A stretch of 64,000 bases of DNA from Candidatus Thalassarchaeaceae archaeon (GTDB lineage: Archaea; Thermoplasmatota; Poseidoniia; Poseidoniales; Thalassarchaeaceae): positions 13,732-77,731 of the forward strand of contig JASMLH010000002.1 of NCBI GenBank assembly GCA_030748775.1. Reading direction: 5' to 3'. Within the stretch, counting starts at the first letter, position 1. Every line of letters starts with the position of its first letter. Shown here piece after piece: positions 29,696 to 39,898 of this stretch. The position numbers were made by a program, and so were the translations under genes. The notes under the pieces are model-generated. The model did no database searches and had not been told where the DNA came from. It saw only the letters and a program-made list of their open reading frames with translations.

Positions 29696-30928
29696 ATGGC
29701 AAGTGAGGCTGGTGAGGACACGAAAGAAGGGATTTCTAACTTGTCAGACAGTGCAAAAGACGATGCCTTAGATAGACTATCTAGAGATTTTGATGAGCTC
29801 TCAGAACAGGCACAGCAACTCCTTACTGAGAAGCTATTTCTTGAGAATGAGTTTTCTCAGTTGAAGAAGCGTGCCAACCGTCTTGACGAAGAATTGCGAA
29901 ATATCAAGACGCCACCACTAGTAATTGGCTACATTCAGGACATCATTGACGAACATGCAATCGTTCGAAGCTCCAATGGGACGGTATTCTTGGTTTCAGT
30001 AAATAGGAGACTCGATATTTCTGATATGAAACCGGGGACTAGAGTCGCACTCAACCAAGATACCTTGTCTGTAGTAGAGGTTCTATCTGACTCATGGGAC
30101 CCCCTCGTTAGCAGTGCAGAAATTATCGACAGTCCATCGATCGACTACCAATCAATTGGGGGCCTAGAAGAACAGATTAAGGAGATTAGGGAGGCAGTAG
30201 AACTGCCTTTCGAAAACCCCGATGCGTTCATTGAATTGGGAATTGAACCCCCCAAGGGGGTATTGCTAACCGGACCCCCTGGGACAGGAAAGACAATGCT
30301 CGCCAAAGCAGTGGCAAACTCGACAAAGGCTACATTCCTCGGCCTTGTTGGTGCAGAGCTTGCTCAGAAGTACATCGGAGAGGGTGGAAGAATGGTCAGA
30401 GAGCTATTCGATCTGGCTAAACAGAAGGCTCCGTCAATTATCTTCATAGACGAATTGGATTCCATAGGTTCCAAACGTCTCGATACTGCAACTTCTGGCG
30501 ATAGAGAGGTCCAGAGGACGCTTATGCAGCTTCTCTCAGAAATGGACGGGTTCGAGACCCTAGACGACGTGAAGATCATCGCTGCCACAAACAGGCCAGA
30601 GTTACTTGATGCGGCACTGTTGAGACCGGGCCGTTTTGATAGGATAATCGAGATACCTCTCCCTGACATTGACGCGAGGGAGACAATATATGGAGTCCAT
30701 ACGAAATCTATGCCCATTGAAAAGAAGGTTGGATTGCGCTACCTTTCTAGCATCTCAGAAGGATTCAGTGGGGCCGAAATCAAGTCATCTGTTGTTGAGG
30801 CTGGAATAAATGCAATCTCAGATGGGCGAAAGATAGTATCAAAATCTGATTTCATAGCGGCAATTAAGAAGGTCGAGAATAAGAGAAAGGACTCTGAAAA
30901 CAGCTCCTCTGAGGGACTCTACCGATAA
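29696..30928 (+). CDS. pan: Proteasome-activating nucleotidase
   Basis: Coiled coil, GPPGTGKT, DELD, RPGRFDR, C-terminal HbYX motif LYR. Confidence 0.96.
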   Translation: MASEAGEDTKEGISNLSDSAKDDALDRLSRDFDELSEQAQQLLTEKLFLENEFSQLKKRANRLDEELRNIKTPPLVIGYIQDIIDEHAIVRSSNGTVFLVSVNRRLDISDMKPGTRVALNQDTLSVVEVLSDSWDPLVSSAEIIDSPSIDYQSIGGLEEQIKEIREAVELPFENPDAFIELGIEPPKGVLLTGPPGTGKTMLAKAVANSTKATFLGLVGAELAQKYIGEGGRMVRELFDLAKQKAPSIIFIDELDSIGSKRLDTATSGDREVQRTLMQLLSEMDGFETLDDVKIIAATNRPELLDAALLRPGRFDRIIEIPLPDIDARETIYGVHTKSMPIEKKVGLRYLSSISEGFSGAEIKSSVVEAGINAISDGRKIVSKSDFIAAIKKVENKRKDSENSSSEGLYR

Positions 30929-30963
30929 GTAAATCTCTTCATTGATGCTGCTTTCCAAGGCAC

Positions 30964-32004
30964 GTGCCTCAACCACTTGTGGAATGCGTTCCTAACTTTA
31001 GCGAAGGCCGTGACAAGTCAGTAATAGACAGGATTTCGGCATCGATTGAGGCTGTTCCGGGTGTCACACTACTCGATGTTGACATGGGTTCTGACTTCAA
31101 TAGGACAGTGGTCACGATGGTAGGCCATCCTGATGACGTTATCAAAGCGGCAATTGACTGCACTTCTGTCGCTTCGGAGCTCATTGATATGAGGGGTCAC
31201 AGTGGTGAGCACGCTAGGATGGGCGCTGTAGACGTTGTTCCATTCATTCCAATCAGAGATGTATCTATGGAGGAATGCGTCCGCCTCTCTGAAATTTATG
31301 CAGAGATGGTATCTCACAAACTAGACCTTCCAGTATATCTCTATGCGGAGGCTGCTAGGAGTGAGCAAAGAGTTCGGCTACCAGACATCAGGAGAGGAGA
31401 GTATGAAGGACTGCAAGATAAGATCCAATCCGAGGAATGGGCTCCAGACTACGGGCCCAGAGAATTCAACCCAAAGCTCGGTGCTACAGCTACTGGAGCT
31501 AGGCAGATATTAATCGCATACAATGTGAACCTGGACTCCGATGACAAAGCCAAGGCAAACTCGGTCGCATCCATGATTCGAACAAGCGGATACTTGGTGA
31601 AGGACGAGAACGGTCAGAAGATTATCGGCGATGACGGGAAGCCTCTTCGGAAGCCTGGAAAATTTGAAGCTCTCCAGGCAGCTGGTTGGATGTACGATGA
31701 GTCTACTGCCCAAGTATCGATGAATCTCCTTGACCACAGGGTGACAGGGCTTCATCATGTAACCGAAGCAATCCGTGAGGAGGCTCGGAAGATTGGCTTG
31801 AACGCAGTTGCTGGGGAGCTAGTGGGACTAGTCCCTTTGGAGGCTATGATTTCAGCAGGTAGGCATTATCACAAAGAACCAGGATCTGCTCTCGAATCGT
31901 CACTAGTCGATGCAGCAATTAATGGCCTAATGCTCGACATACTTGGTGAATTTGATCCCAAATCAAGTATTATTGAATGGGCCATTAGTGAGGCGTTGGG
32001 ATGA
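30964..32004 (+). CDS. ftcD: Glutamate formimidoyltransferase
   Basis: VECVPNFSEGRD, HARMGAVDVVPF, IRRGEYEGL, QVSMN. Confidence 0.95.
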   Translation: MPQPLVECVPNFSEGRDKSVIDRISASIEAVPGVTLLDVDMGSDFNRTVVTMVGHPDDVIKAAIDCTSVASELIDMRGHSGEHARMGAVDVVPFIPIRDVSMEECVRLSEIYAEMVSHKLDLPVYLYAEAARSEQRVRLPDIRRGEYEGLQDKIQSEEWAPDYGPREFNPKLGATATGARQILIAYNVNLDSDDKAKANSVASMIRTSGYLVKDENGQKIIGDDGKPLRKPGKFEALQAAGWMYDESTAQVSMNLLDHRVTGLHHVTEAIREEARKIGLNAVAGELVGLVPLEAMISAGRHYHKEPGSALESSLVDAAINGLMLDILGEFDPKSSIIEWAISEALG

Positions 32005-32624
32005 ATGAGGGATACGAGGAAGTACTCAGAGCAATAGCATCCTCAGACCCTACTCCTGGTGGTGGATCCGTTGCAGCACTGTCCTTGGCTCACGCACAAT
32101 GCCTGACCATCATGGTAGCTAGACTCACAGTTGGCAAGGAGAAGTGGTCGGATGGACACGAAGCTGCAGAGTTAATCATCTCGAAGTGGGATCCTAGGAT
32201 GGGCGTAGCTATTGGACTGGCAAAGAAGGACGCACTTGCATTTGACCAGGTGATGGGGGCATATCGTCTTCCAAAGAGGGACGAAAAAGAGAAGGAATTC
32301 CGACAGTCGACTATCAGAAAAGCAACAATAGGGGCTGCACAGGCTCCTCTGGAAACAGCGACAGAAGCATTGGATCTTCTGCACGATATCGAGTCCTTCA
32401 GTCATATATGCAACTCAAATGCATTGACGGACCTTGCTTCGGCAGCGGAGCTATCGAGTTCTGCTGTTATTATCGCATCGATGAATGTTCGAATTAATCT
32501 GGATTTCATCAAAGGGGAAGATGTTGATGAACTCTCGATGAGATTGGATACGGTAGTGGGGGAATCTGACTCCTCACTAGAGCGGATTAGGTCCAAAGTT
32601 TTCGAGAGGCTTGGTTGGAAATGA
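32001..32624 (+). CDS. Formiminotetrahydrofolate cyclodeaminase
   Basis: PTPGGGSVAA, MVARLT, NVRINL. Confidence 0.92.
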   Translation: MNEGYEEVLRAIASSDPTPGGGSVAALSLAHAQCLTIMVARLTVGKEKWSDGHEAAELIISKWDPRMGVAIGLAKKDALAFDQVMGAYRLPKRDEKEKEFRQSTIRKATIGAAQAPLETATEALDLLHDIESFSHICNSNALTDLASAAELSSSAVIIASMNVRINLDFIKGEDVDELSMRLDTVVGESDSSLERIRSKVFERLGWK

Positions 32625-34636
32625 AATTTAACAAAGCCCCCTTTCATGGTATCCCTGATACTCTTCCACCACCCAAGGACATAGATCCTTCAGTCCCGCA
32701 TGCCCCTCCAAGACCCCAAGTTCTGGACGAAAGAGATAGGTCATTGTCAATAGAGAATGCATTGAGGTATTTCCCGGAAGATTGGCACGAGACTCTTGCC
32801 AAGGAGTTCCTGGATGAGCTGGACCAGCTAGGCCACATATACATGCATAGGTTCAGGCCAGACTACGAAATGTATGCCAGACCAATCACGGATTACAATG
32901 CAAATTCTGAGTATGCAGCGGCAATAATGTTGATGATTCAGAACAACCTCGATCCAAATGTAGCTCAATTTCCTCACGAATTGATTACCTATGGGGCCAA
33001 TGGGGCCGTTTTCCAGAACTGGGCCCAGTACCTGCTAACCATGGGTTATCTGAGCAAGATGAGCGAAGACCAGACATTAGTAATGTACTCGGGTCATCCT
33101 CTGGGGCTTTTCCCTTCTAACAAAGAATCACCGATGGTGGTTGTCACAAATGGCATGGTAATCCCAAATTACTCTAGTCAATTGGATTATGAGCGGATGA
33201 ACGCCCTGGGAGTATCTCAATACGGACAAATGACGGCCGGTTCGTACATGTACATAGGTCCTCAGGGTATCGTTCACGGGACAACTATCACGCTACTAAA
33301 CGCAGCCAGGAAGTACCTTGGAAAGACCTCAGAAGAAGGCCTAGGGGGCGTGCTCTACGTCACTTCTGGCCTCGGGGGGATGTCTGGGGCCCAGGCCAAG
33401 GCCGCGGTGATTGCTGGTGCAGTTTGCATCATCGCGGAAGTCGACCCATTCCCTGCAAGAAAGAGGCATTCACAGGGATGGCTAACAGAGCTACATGAAG
33501 ACATCGAGCAGCTTGTGGATCGTGCGGAGCAGGCCATATCCAGAAAGGAGGCAATCTCTCTGGGATATGTAGGCAATATAGTTGAACTGCTTGAGTATCT
33601 GGTGGAGAGGGGAACAAATGTCGATCTTGCTAGCGATCAGACCAGCCTACACAATCCATGGTTAGGGGGATACATTCCTGCTGATTTAACACTCGCAGAT
33701 AGTGTAGAAATGATAAAGGCAGATCCTGCCAAATTCAAGGAATCAGTCCATCATTCACTAAGGAGGCACGTAGCAGCTATCAACACTCTATGCTCAAACG
33801 GGACTCGTTTCTGGGATTACGGAAACGCATTCCTCCTAGAGTCAAGTAGAGCTGGCGCGGACATCAACAAAGAGGACGGCTCCTTTCTCTATCCATCATA
33901 CGTGGAGGACATAATGGGTCCAATGTGCTTCGACTATGGGTTCGGACCGTTCAGATGGGTATGCACCTCAGGTGAGGAGAGTGATTTGAGGAAGACCGAT
34001 CAGATTGCAAAGGACGTCCTTGAGGAATTATCGGACAGTTGTCCGGATGAAATTCGTACACAGTACATGGACAACATAAGATGGATCAACGAGGCAGAGA
34101 AGCATGGGTTGGTGGTTGGTAGCAAGTCTAGGATCCTATACGCGGATGAAGTAGGAAGGAGGGCAATAGCGAGTCAATTCAACAATGCTATCTCTGACGG
34201 GACCGTAACCGCCCCAATTGTACTAGGTCGTGATCATCACGACGTAAGTGGAACTGACAGCCCATATAGGGAGACTGCGAACATATACGACGGCTCAATG
34301 TTCACTGCAGACATGTCCGTTCAGAACTTCGTCGGTGACTCGTTCAGGGGTGCAACATGGGTAAGCCTACACAATGGGGGGGGTGTTGGCTGGGGGGAGG
34401 TCATTAACGGTGGATTCGGGCTAGTTATCGATGGGTCGGAAAAATCTCAGAATAATATCGATTCTATGATATCATGGGATGTGAATAACGGCCTAGCTAG
34501 GAGGTCATGGGCGAGGAATCCAGCAGCAAGGTCAGCAATCTCCAGGGCCATGGAATCCGATGATAGGATTATCGTCACTATGCCTAACATAGTGAAGGAT
34601 AACGTGCTAAAGGACTTGTTTGAAGATACTCGATGA
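32621..34636 (+). CDS. hutU: Urocanate hydratase (long form)
   Basis: GQMTAGS, GPQGIVHGT, GLGGMSGAQ, GRDHHD, HNGGGVG. Confidence 0.97.
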   Translation: MKFNKAPFHGIPDTLPPPKDIDPSVPHAPPRPQVLDERDRSLSIENALRYFPEDWHETLAKEFLDELDQLGHIYMHRFRPDYEMYARPITDYNANSEYAAAIMLMIQNNLDPNVAQFPHELITYGANGAVFQNWAQYLLTMGYLSKMSEDQTLVMYSGHPLGLFPSNKESPMVVVTNGMVIPNYSSQLDYERMNALGVSQYGQMTAGSYMYIGPQGIVHGTTITLLNAARKYLGKTSEEGLGGVLYVTSGLGGMSGAQAKAAVIAGAVCIIAEVDPFPARKRHSQGWLTELHEDIEQLVDRAEQAISRKEAISLGYVGNIVELLEYLVERGTNVDLASDQTSLHNPWLGGYIPADLTLADSVEMIKADPAKFKESVHHSLRRHVAAINTLCSNGTRFWDYGNAFLLESSRAGADINKEDGSFLYPSYVEDIMGPMCFDYGFGPFRWVCTSGEESDLRKTDQIAKDVLEELSDSCPDEIRTQYMDNIRWINEAEKHGLVVGSKSRILYADEVGRRAIASQFNNAISDGTVTAPIVLGRDHHDVSGTDSPYRETANIYDGSMFTADMSVQNFVGDSFRGATWVSLHNGGGVGWGEVINGGFGLVIDGSEKSQNNIDSMISWDVNNGLARRSWARNPAARSAISRAMESDDRIIVTMPNIVKDNVLKDLFEDTR

Positions 34637-36192
34637 CTCTATTTGGGAATCGCGGTTCGAAGCCCCTAATGGTGGATATCCAGATAGATGGCGACTCCTT
34701 AACTCTGGAGCAGGCAATGGCTATCGCAAACGGCCAATCCACTGCATCTCTATCTAGAGAATCAAGGGCCAAGATGGGGGAATCATGCTCCGCAGTAGAG
34801 GAGATTTTACGTTCTGGAGATACCGTATACGGGATTAACACTGGTTTCGGGGCAATGTCATCGGTCAGAATTGAAGACGACGAAATCGAGGCTCTCCAGG
34901 CAAATCTGGTCAGGAGCCATGCCTGTGGTGTCGGTGATAGGATGGAGCCAGAGCACGTCCTCCTGATGATGGTGTTTAGGGCCAACTCAATCGCGAAGGG
35001 GGTTTCCGGCTCGAGACCCGAGGTAGTTGACCTAATTCTCTCGATGGTTAACTCAAGAATATCGCCCGAAGTACCCCGAATCGGGTCTCTCGGAGCATCA
35101 GGAGATCTCGCTCCGCTCTCGCACATGGCATTGTCCATGATGGGTGAGGGAAAATGCTCAGTCTACAATAATGGTGAGTGGGAAACCCGCGAAAGCAAGG
35201 ATGCCCTATCCGAAGCCGGTCTGGAACCGATAAAACTCCGAGCTAAGGAAGGACTCTCACTGATAAATGGGACAAGCCAGATGTGCGCTTTCCTAGCAAT
35301 TACCATCTTGAACATGGAGGCTCTTTCATTCGCTGCTGACGCCTCAATAGCATGCTCATTGGAGGCCATTAGGGGTTCTCAGAAGCCATTTGACTCCAGA
35401 ATCCATGCATCAAGGCCGCAATTCGGACAAACCCTCTCCGCTGCTAGGATATTGGAACATCTGTCTGGGTCCGAGATTTCGTCGTCAGATGCAGATTACG
35501 ACAGAGTTCAGGATGCATACTGCTTCAGGTGCGCACCCCAGGTACACGGCCCTGTAATCGAACTACTAAGAGAAACTAGGCGGATGCTGGAAATAGAGGT
35601 CAACAGTGCTACAGACAACCCCCTGGTCTTCGTGGATGGGGATGTTGCTGAAATAATCAGTGGAGGTAATTTCCATGGACAAAATCTTGCTTTAGCCAGT
35701 GATGCGATTGCTATTGCATGTCATGAACTGGCCACAATCTCAGAGAGAAGGATAAATCAGATAATGGATCCAAAGTGGAGCGGTCAGAAGGCATTCCTCG
35801 CCAACAAAGAGGGACTTGAGAGCGGACTGATGATTATTCAGTACGTAGCTGCCTCGATAATTTCAGAACTGCACCTCCTAGCAAACCCTGCTACTACGTG
35901 CAATGTCCCGGTCAGCATGGGAAAGGAGGACCACGTTTCCATGGGCTCAACGGGTTGTTACAGGGCGCTTCGCTCATCCATGTTACTTTCCCAGGTGATA
36001 GCAAACGAGATGGTTTGCTCTTCGGAGGCTCTGGATAGAATAGACCAGAAGGCCGGAGAAGGAGTAACCAAGATTCACACATGGGTCAGGGGTTTTGTCT
36101 CGCCATTAGAGGGTGATAGGACTATGACCGAAGAGTGTGAGGCTTTGTCGGAAGCATTAGTCGGAGGGCATCTGTCTAGCATTATTGGGTGA
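34633..36192 (+). CDS. hutH: Histidine ammonia-lyase
   Basis: YGINTGFG, GASGDLAPL (MIO triad), QDAYCFRC, GGNFHG, EDHVSMG. Confidence 0.96.
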   Translation: MTLFGNRGSKPLMVDIQIDGDSLTLEQAMAIANGQSTASLSRESRAKMGESCSAVEEILRSGDTVYGINTGFGAMSSVRIEDDEIEALQANLVRSHACGVGDRMEPEHVLLMMVFRANSIAKGVSGSRPEVVDLILSMVNSRISPEVPRIGSLGASGDLAPLSHMALSMMGEGKCSVYNNGEWETRESKDALSEAGLEPIKLRAKEGLSLINGTSQMCAFLAITILNMEALSFAADASIACSLEAIRGSQKPFDSRIHASRPQFGQTLSAARILEHLSGSEISSSDADYDRVQDAYCFRCAPQVHGPVIELLRETRRMLEIEVNSATDNPLVFVDGDVAEIISGGNFHGQNLALASDAIAIACHELATISERRINQIMDPKWSGQKAFLANKEGLESGLMIIQYVAASIISELHLLANPATTCNVPVSMGKEDHVSMGSTGCYRALRSSMLLSQVIANEMVCSSEALDRIDQKAGEGVTKIHTWVRGFVSPLEGDRTMTEECEALSEALVGGHLSSIIG

Positions 36193-36196
36193 AAAA

Positions 36197-36919
36197 ATGC
36201 AGGAAAAATTGCACATGTCTAGGCACCCGGGAACCAATCCCCCCCCATTTGACACCAAGGTAGCTGGGTCAAAGGAAAACTACTTGCTTCTTGAACAGAG
36301 TTTCTGCTACCCCAGAGGTGGCGGCCAACCGGGGGATACGGGGAAAATCATTTCAGCTGGGTCCAATGTTTCCACTCTCCACGAGGTCCTGCCAGGTGAA
36401 ATGATACTCCATCCAGTAAATGATGTTGGAGAATTCTCAATTGGTCAGGAGGTTACGTGCGAAATAGATGTTCAGAGGAGGAACGGGCATACACAAATGC
36501 ACACGTCACAGCATATATTCTCAGCCTTAGCAGAGGATATCTGGGGGGCTGAGACTGTTGGAAACCAGATAGGGGCCGAACAATCCAGGGTAGATCTGTT
36601 GTTCGAGAACAAAGACGTATTCGACCCCGACGCCCTCGTAGATGCAGTTAACTCTGTAATAAATTCAAACATCGATGTGAACGTTCATGAATGGGATAGG
36701 AGAAAAATCATGGAACACAAGCAGATGAGGCACACCAAATTCATGCACAGAATACCAGAAACCATTACTCATCTGAGGGTGGTAGAGGTTGAGGACGTCG
36801 ACTTATGTCCCTGCGCCGGCACCCATGCATCCAACACATCGCAGATCCCTATGGTTAGGTACATAGGAAAGAAGAACAAGGGCAAGGGCAGGCTGAGAGT
36901 TTCATATGAATTTGAATGA
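36197..36919 (+). CDS. alaX: AlaX-type alanyl-tRNA editing protein
   Basis: YPRGGGQPGD, HTSQH, CAGTH, KGKGRLR. Confidence 0.9.
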   Translation: MQEKLHMSRHPGTNPPPFDTKVAGSKENYLLLEQSFCYPRGGGQPGDTGKIISAGSNVSTLHEVLPGEMILHPVNDVGEFSIGQEVTCEIDVQRRNGHTQMHTSQHIFSALAEDIWGAETVGNQIGAEQSRVDLLFENKDVFDPDALVDAVNSVINSNIDVNVHEWDRRKIMEHKQMRHTKFMHRIPETITHLRVVEVEDVDLCPCAGTHASNTSQIPMVRYIGKKNKGKGRLRVSYEFE

Positions 36920-36943
36920 TTATATAATTAGAATCATTTCTAA

Positions 36944-37019
36944 TGGTGGGCTCGGCAGGAATTGAACCTGCGATCTTCGCCATGTCAAGGCGACGTCATA
37001 ACCCCTAGACCACGAGCCC
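36944..37019 (-). tRNA. tRNA-Val(GAC)
   Basis: Reverse complement GGGCTCG...TCGCC-TTGACAT-GGCGA...GGTTCAATTCC...CGAGCCCACCA; CCA encoded. Confidence 0.97.
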
Positions 37020-37062
37020 GGCCCTCATCCCAGTAATCATTCACACAAGAATGATTCTGAGG

Positions 37063-37215
37063 CTATGATACTATTTTTGATATTCTTCCTTCACAATTTT
37101 GATTTGAACAAGAGCCTGCAGCTCTTGTACGACCATTGCTCATCTTGATCAGTTCCGGCTCATGGATCAAAACATATGTCTTACACTTCATGCAGAACCC
37201 ATGCACATCGCTCAT
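37063..37215 (-). CDS. Small zinc-ribbon protein (DUF5679-like), 50 aa, absent from the ORF track
   Basis: MSDVHGFCMKCKTYVLIHEPELIKMSNGRTRAAGSCSNQNCEGRISKIVS. Confidence 0.75.
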   Translation of the reverse strand: MSDVHGFCMKCKTYVLIHEPELIKMSNGRTRAAGSCSNQNCEGRISKIVS

Positions 37216-37338
37216 AGTTCTCGTAAATCATTCCTGACTTGAATATATCACAATATGTAGGGGGTATATTGGTGATTTTGACAATATATTTGAAAAACGA
37301 TGTACTGCAAGCATATTATGGTAAAAGCAATACAATCA

Positions 37339-37366
37339 TATTCTGATAATCATGGTTATCAGAAAC
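37339..37366. other. Candidate dif-like (XerA) recombination site
   Basis: TATTCTGATAA-TCATGG-TTATCAGAAAC: 11-6-11 layout, 9/11 inverted arms, ATAA-N6-TTAT core, non-coding AT-rich context. Confidence 0.55.
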
Positions 37367-37492
37367 ATATACAGCGATATATCGGCTCATTTGCCAAATC
37401 TAGTCATGACCACAGAGGAGATCCGAAAATTTCGGACAATAATTGAAAAATTAATTAATTTTAATTAAAACTATTATATTTTTGTATTAGTA

Positions 37493-38785
37493 TCAATACG
37501 TTTTATTACGATTTACAATAATGCCATCGATCATGGTCATACTAACTGGTGATGTACCCGGTGTCTGACACCAACTATCTGCTGAACTGGACCACAGTAT
37601 GTTCAGGTCTGCATTCCTTCCCTCAGCAATGACACCTCTGACATCATCTACGGGAAACATGGTTGAGGCGGGGTTCCTAGTGGATGCTGCAAGCGAAACA
37701 ATCGGATCAATACCCATTCTATGCGAAAGCAAACTACCAATGAATGGTAATGATGTAATCGGGCAGTTTGGATTGAAATCAGTTGCAATGGAAAATGGCC
37801 AATCCTCATCTATGCATTTGGAAATTGGCAGGTCAAGTTCCTTGCCCAATACGTAAGGAGTACCTGGAAGAAACGTCTGAACTGTTCCAGATTCCGCTGC
37901 TGCAATTCTCGAGTCTTCATTAGAGCAGGCAACGTGATCTCCGCTAACTGAACCTAGTTCAGCTGCTAGTTCCAGTCCTCCACTATCAACAAATTCATCC
38001 ACATGAAGCCTTGATCCAAGTCCCTCGGCTTTTGCAGCATTGACAATGTCCTCTGTTTCCTCATTTGTGAACCAACCCTCTTCGCAGAAGACATCGACCC
38101 ATTTTGCTAGACCTAGCTCATTTACAACTGGCAGTTGCTCTGAAACCAGCTCTTCCAAATAATCTCTGCGACCCTTCTCACGTGGGAAATCATGAGCTCC
38201 CAGCCAAGTGGCGATTATGTTACACGGAGCTTCCCTGTTAATCATTGAAACCGACTCTAGAATCTTCACTTCTGTCTCCAAGTCCAGGCCATAGCCACTT
38301 TTTGCTTCAATGGAGGTAGTTCCGTTTGTTAAGAAAGACTGGCATCTATTCAGTCCCGAACTAACTATCCTATTTTGGGGGGCCGATCTCGTGCTTAATA
38401 CGGTCTTCCAAATCCCCCCTCCGATATCTGCGATTTCCTTGTATGAATTTCCTGATTGACGTAGTGCTAATTCGTTTGCACGATCACCAGCCCACACCAG
38501 ATGGGTGTGTGAATCGACGAAACCAGGCACAACCGCCATATTTCCTACATCGATTACAATTACATCTGCCGAGCTCTTCTCGGATGGGTACCATGGAGCA
38601 AATTCAGCGATCAATTCAGTTGACTGTTCTATCTTCTCAACGATTCCATCATTAATCAAAATGCCCATTCCAGGCTGATGAACAACTGACTCACGGTCAT
38701 GCAAACGTTCTCCCGAGAGGGGAAACTCATCATCCCCAGTAGACATGTGAGCAACCTCTCCGCAGTTGTGGATCAGAGTTCGCAT
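37493..38785 (-). CDS. hutI: Imidazolonepropionase
   Basis: PGFVDSHTH, EAKSGYGL, DVFCE, LHVDE, ATDFNP. Confidence 0.95.
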   Translation of the reverse strand: MRTLIHNCGEVAHMSTGDDEFPLSGERLHDRESVVHQPGMGILINDGIVEKIEQSTELIAEFAPWYPSEKSSADVIVIDVGNMAVVPGFVDSHTHLVWAGDRANELALRQSGNSYKEIADIGGGIWKTVLSTRSAPQNRIVSSGLNRCQSFLTNGTTSIEAKSGYGLDLETEVKILESVSMINREAPCNIIATWLGAHDFPREKGRRDYLEELVSEQLPVVNELGLAKWVDVFCEEGWFTNEETEDIVNAAKAEGLGSRLHVDEFVDSGGLELAAELGSVSGDHVACSNEDSRIAAAESGTVQTFLPGTPYVLGKELDLPISKCIDEDWPFSIATDFNPNCPITSLPFIGSLLSHRMGIDPIVSLAASTRNPASTMFPVDDVRGVIAEGRNADLNILWSSSADSWCQTPGTSPVSMTMIDGIIVNRNKTY

Positions 38786-38835
38786 GTCTTCCGATACTCA
38801 GGACAGTTGAAAGAACTCCCGCTCTTCGGTGCAAT

Positions 38836-39843
38836 GTGAGACGACTAATAATTGGAATAGAAAGCACCGCGCATACCCTTTCCTTTGGGGTCGTAGACTC
38901 CAATGGGACATTATTCCCATCACATTCGTCATTATTCCGCCCAGAAGAAGGGGGCATCCATCCCAGAGAAGCTGCCGATCATCATTCTGAGTCAACATCG
39001 CATCTATTGGATAAGCTGTCTAGCAGTCCCGACTTCAATTGGGATTCTGTTGAGGCAGTAGCCTTTAGCCAAGGTCCTGGGTTGGGGCCATGCCTTAGAA
39101 TCGGAGCATCTGTAGCCCGCTCTCTTTCAACTAGCCTCGGAGTACCTCTAATTGGGGTGAATCATTGTGTGGCACATATAGAAATTGGTAGGAATCAGAC
39201 TGGATGTAGTGACCCGGTCTTGCTATATGTTAGCGGCGGGAATACACAGGTTATTGCTCGTGCTGATGGCAGATATAGGGTTCTTGGTGAGACATTGGAC
39301 ATTGGAATAGGAAACATGCTAGATAAATTCGCTCGTTTGCATGGCATCCCATTCCCCGGGGGGCCCGAAATTGAAAGATTAGCCAACAAATACCTCCAGA
39401 ATTCGGAACCTGATATGGACTCAGTTCAGTTGCCATATGGAGTCCAAGGCATGGACATCGCATTCTCTGGAATCCTTACATCCGCGATTCAGAAGGTCTC
39501 TGACGGAGCTCCACTGGAACATGTCTGCTGGTCGCTTCAAGAGCACTCGTTTGCAACATGCATAGAAGTCGCCGAGCGGGCCATGGCTCACACGGGAAAA
39601 ACAGAACTCCTCCTAGGTGGCGGAGTTGCTTGCAATGCCAGACTTAGGGAGATGTCAAGAATCATGTGTTCCGAGAGGGGCGCCGATTCTTATTGGCCTG
39701 AGAAGGAATATTGCATAGATAATGGAACCATGATCGCTGAATTGGGTAGAAGGATGTACAAACAAGGCATAACCACGAGTCTCGGCGACAGTGGAATCAA
39801 CCCCTTACTTCGTACTGATAACACCGATGTAACATGGCCATAG
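38836..39843 (+). CDS. kae1: t6A37 threonylcarbamoyltransferase Kae1
   Basis: GIESTAH, GGIHPREAADHH, VNHCVAH, VSGGNTQ, DNGTMIA. Confidence 0.95.
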   Translation: MRRLIIGIESTAHTLSFGVVDSNGTLFPSHSSLFRPEEGGIHPREAADHHSESTSHLLDKLSSSPDFNWDSVEAVAFSQGPGLGPCLRIGASVARSLSTSLGVPLIGVNHCVAHIEIGRNQTGCSDPVLLYVSGGNTQVIARADGRYRVLGETLDIGIGNMLDKFARLHGIPFPGGPEIERLANKYLQNSEPDMDSVQLPYGVQGMDIAFSGILTSAIQKVSDGAPLEHVCWSLQEHSFATCIEVAERAMAHTGKTELLLGGGVACNARLREMSRIMCSERGADSYWPEKEYCIDNGTMIAELGRRMYKQGITTSLGDSGINPLLRTDNTDVTWP

Positions 39844-39898
39844 AGTCACGAATACTTATGAGAGGCCGTATGGCCGGAAATACGAGGACGATTAGACA

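Noticed and set aside
36930..37058. 9-bp inverted repeat AGAATCATT/AATGATTCT flanking tRNA-Val
   Set aside because: Short and AT-rich; no intron or mobile-element context to support a function.
37216..37492. Replication origin
   Set aside because: No orc1/cdc6 gene and no recognisable repeated ORB elements; kept only as an AT-rich, dif-like locus.
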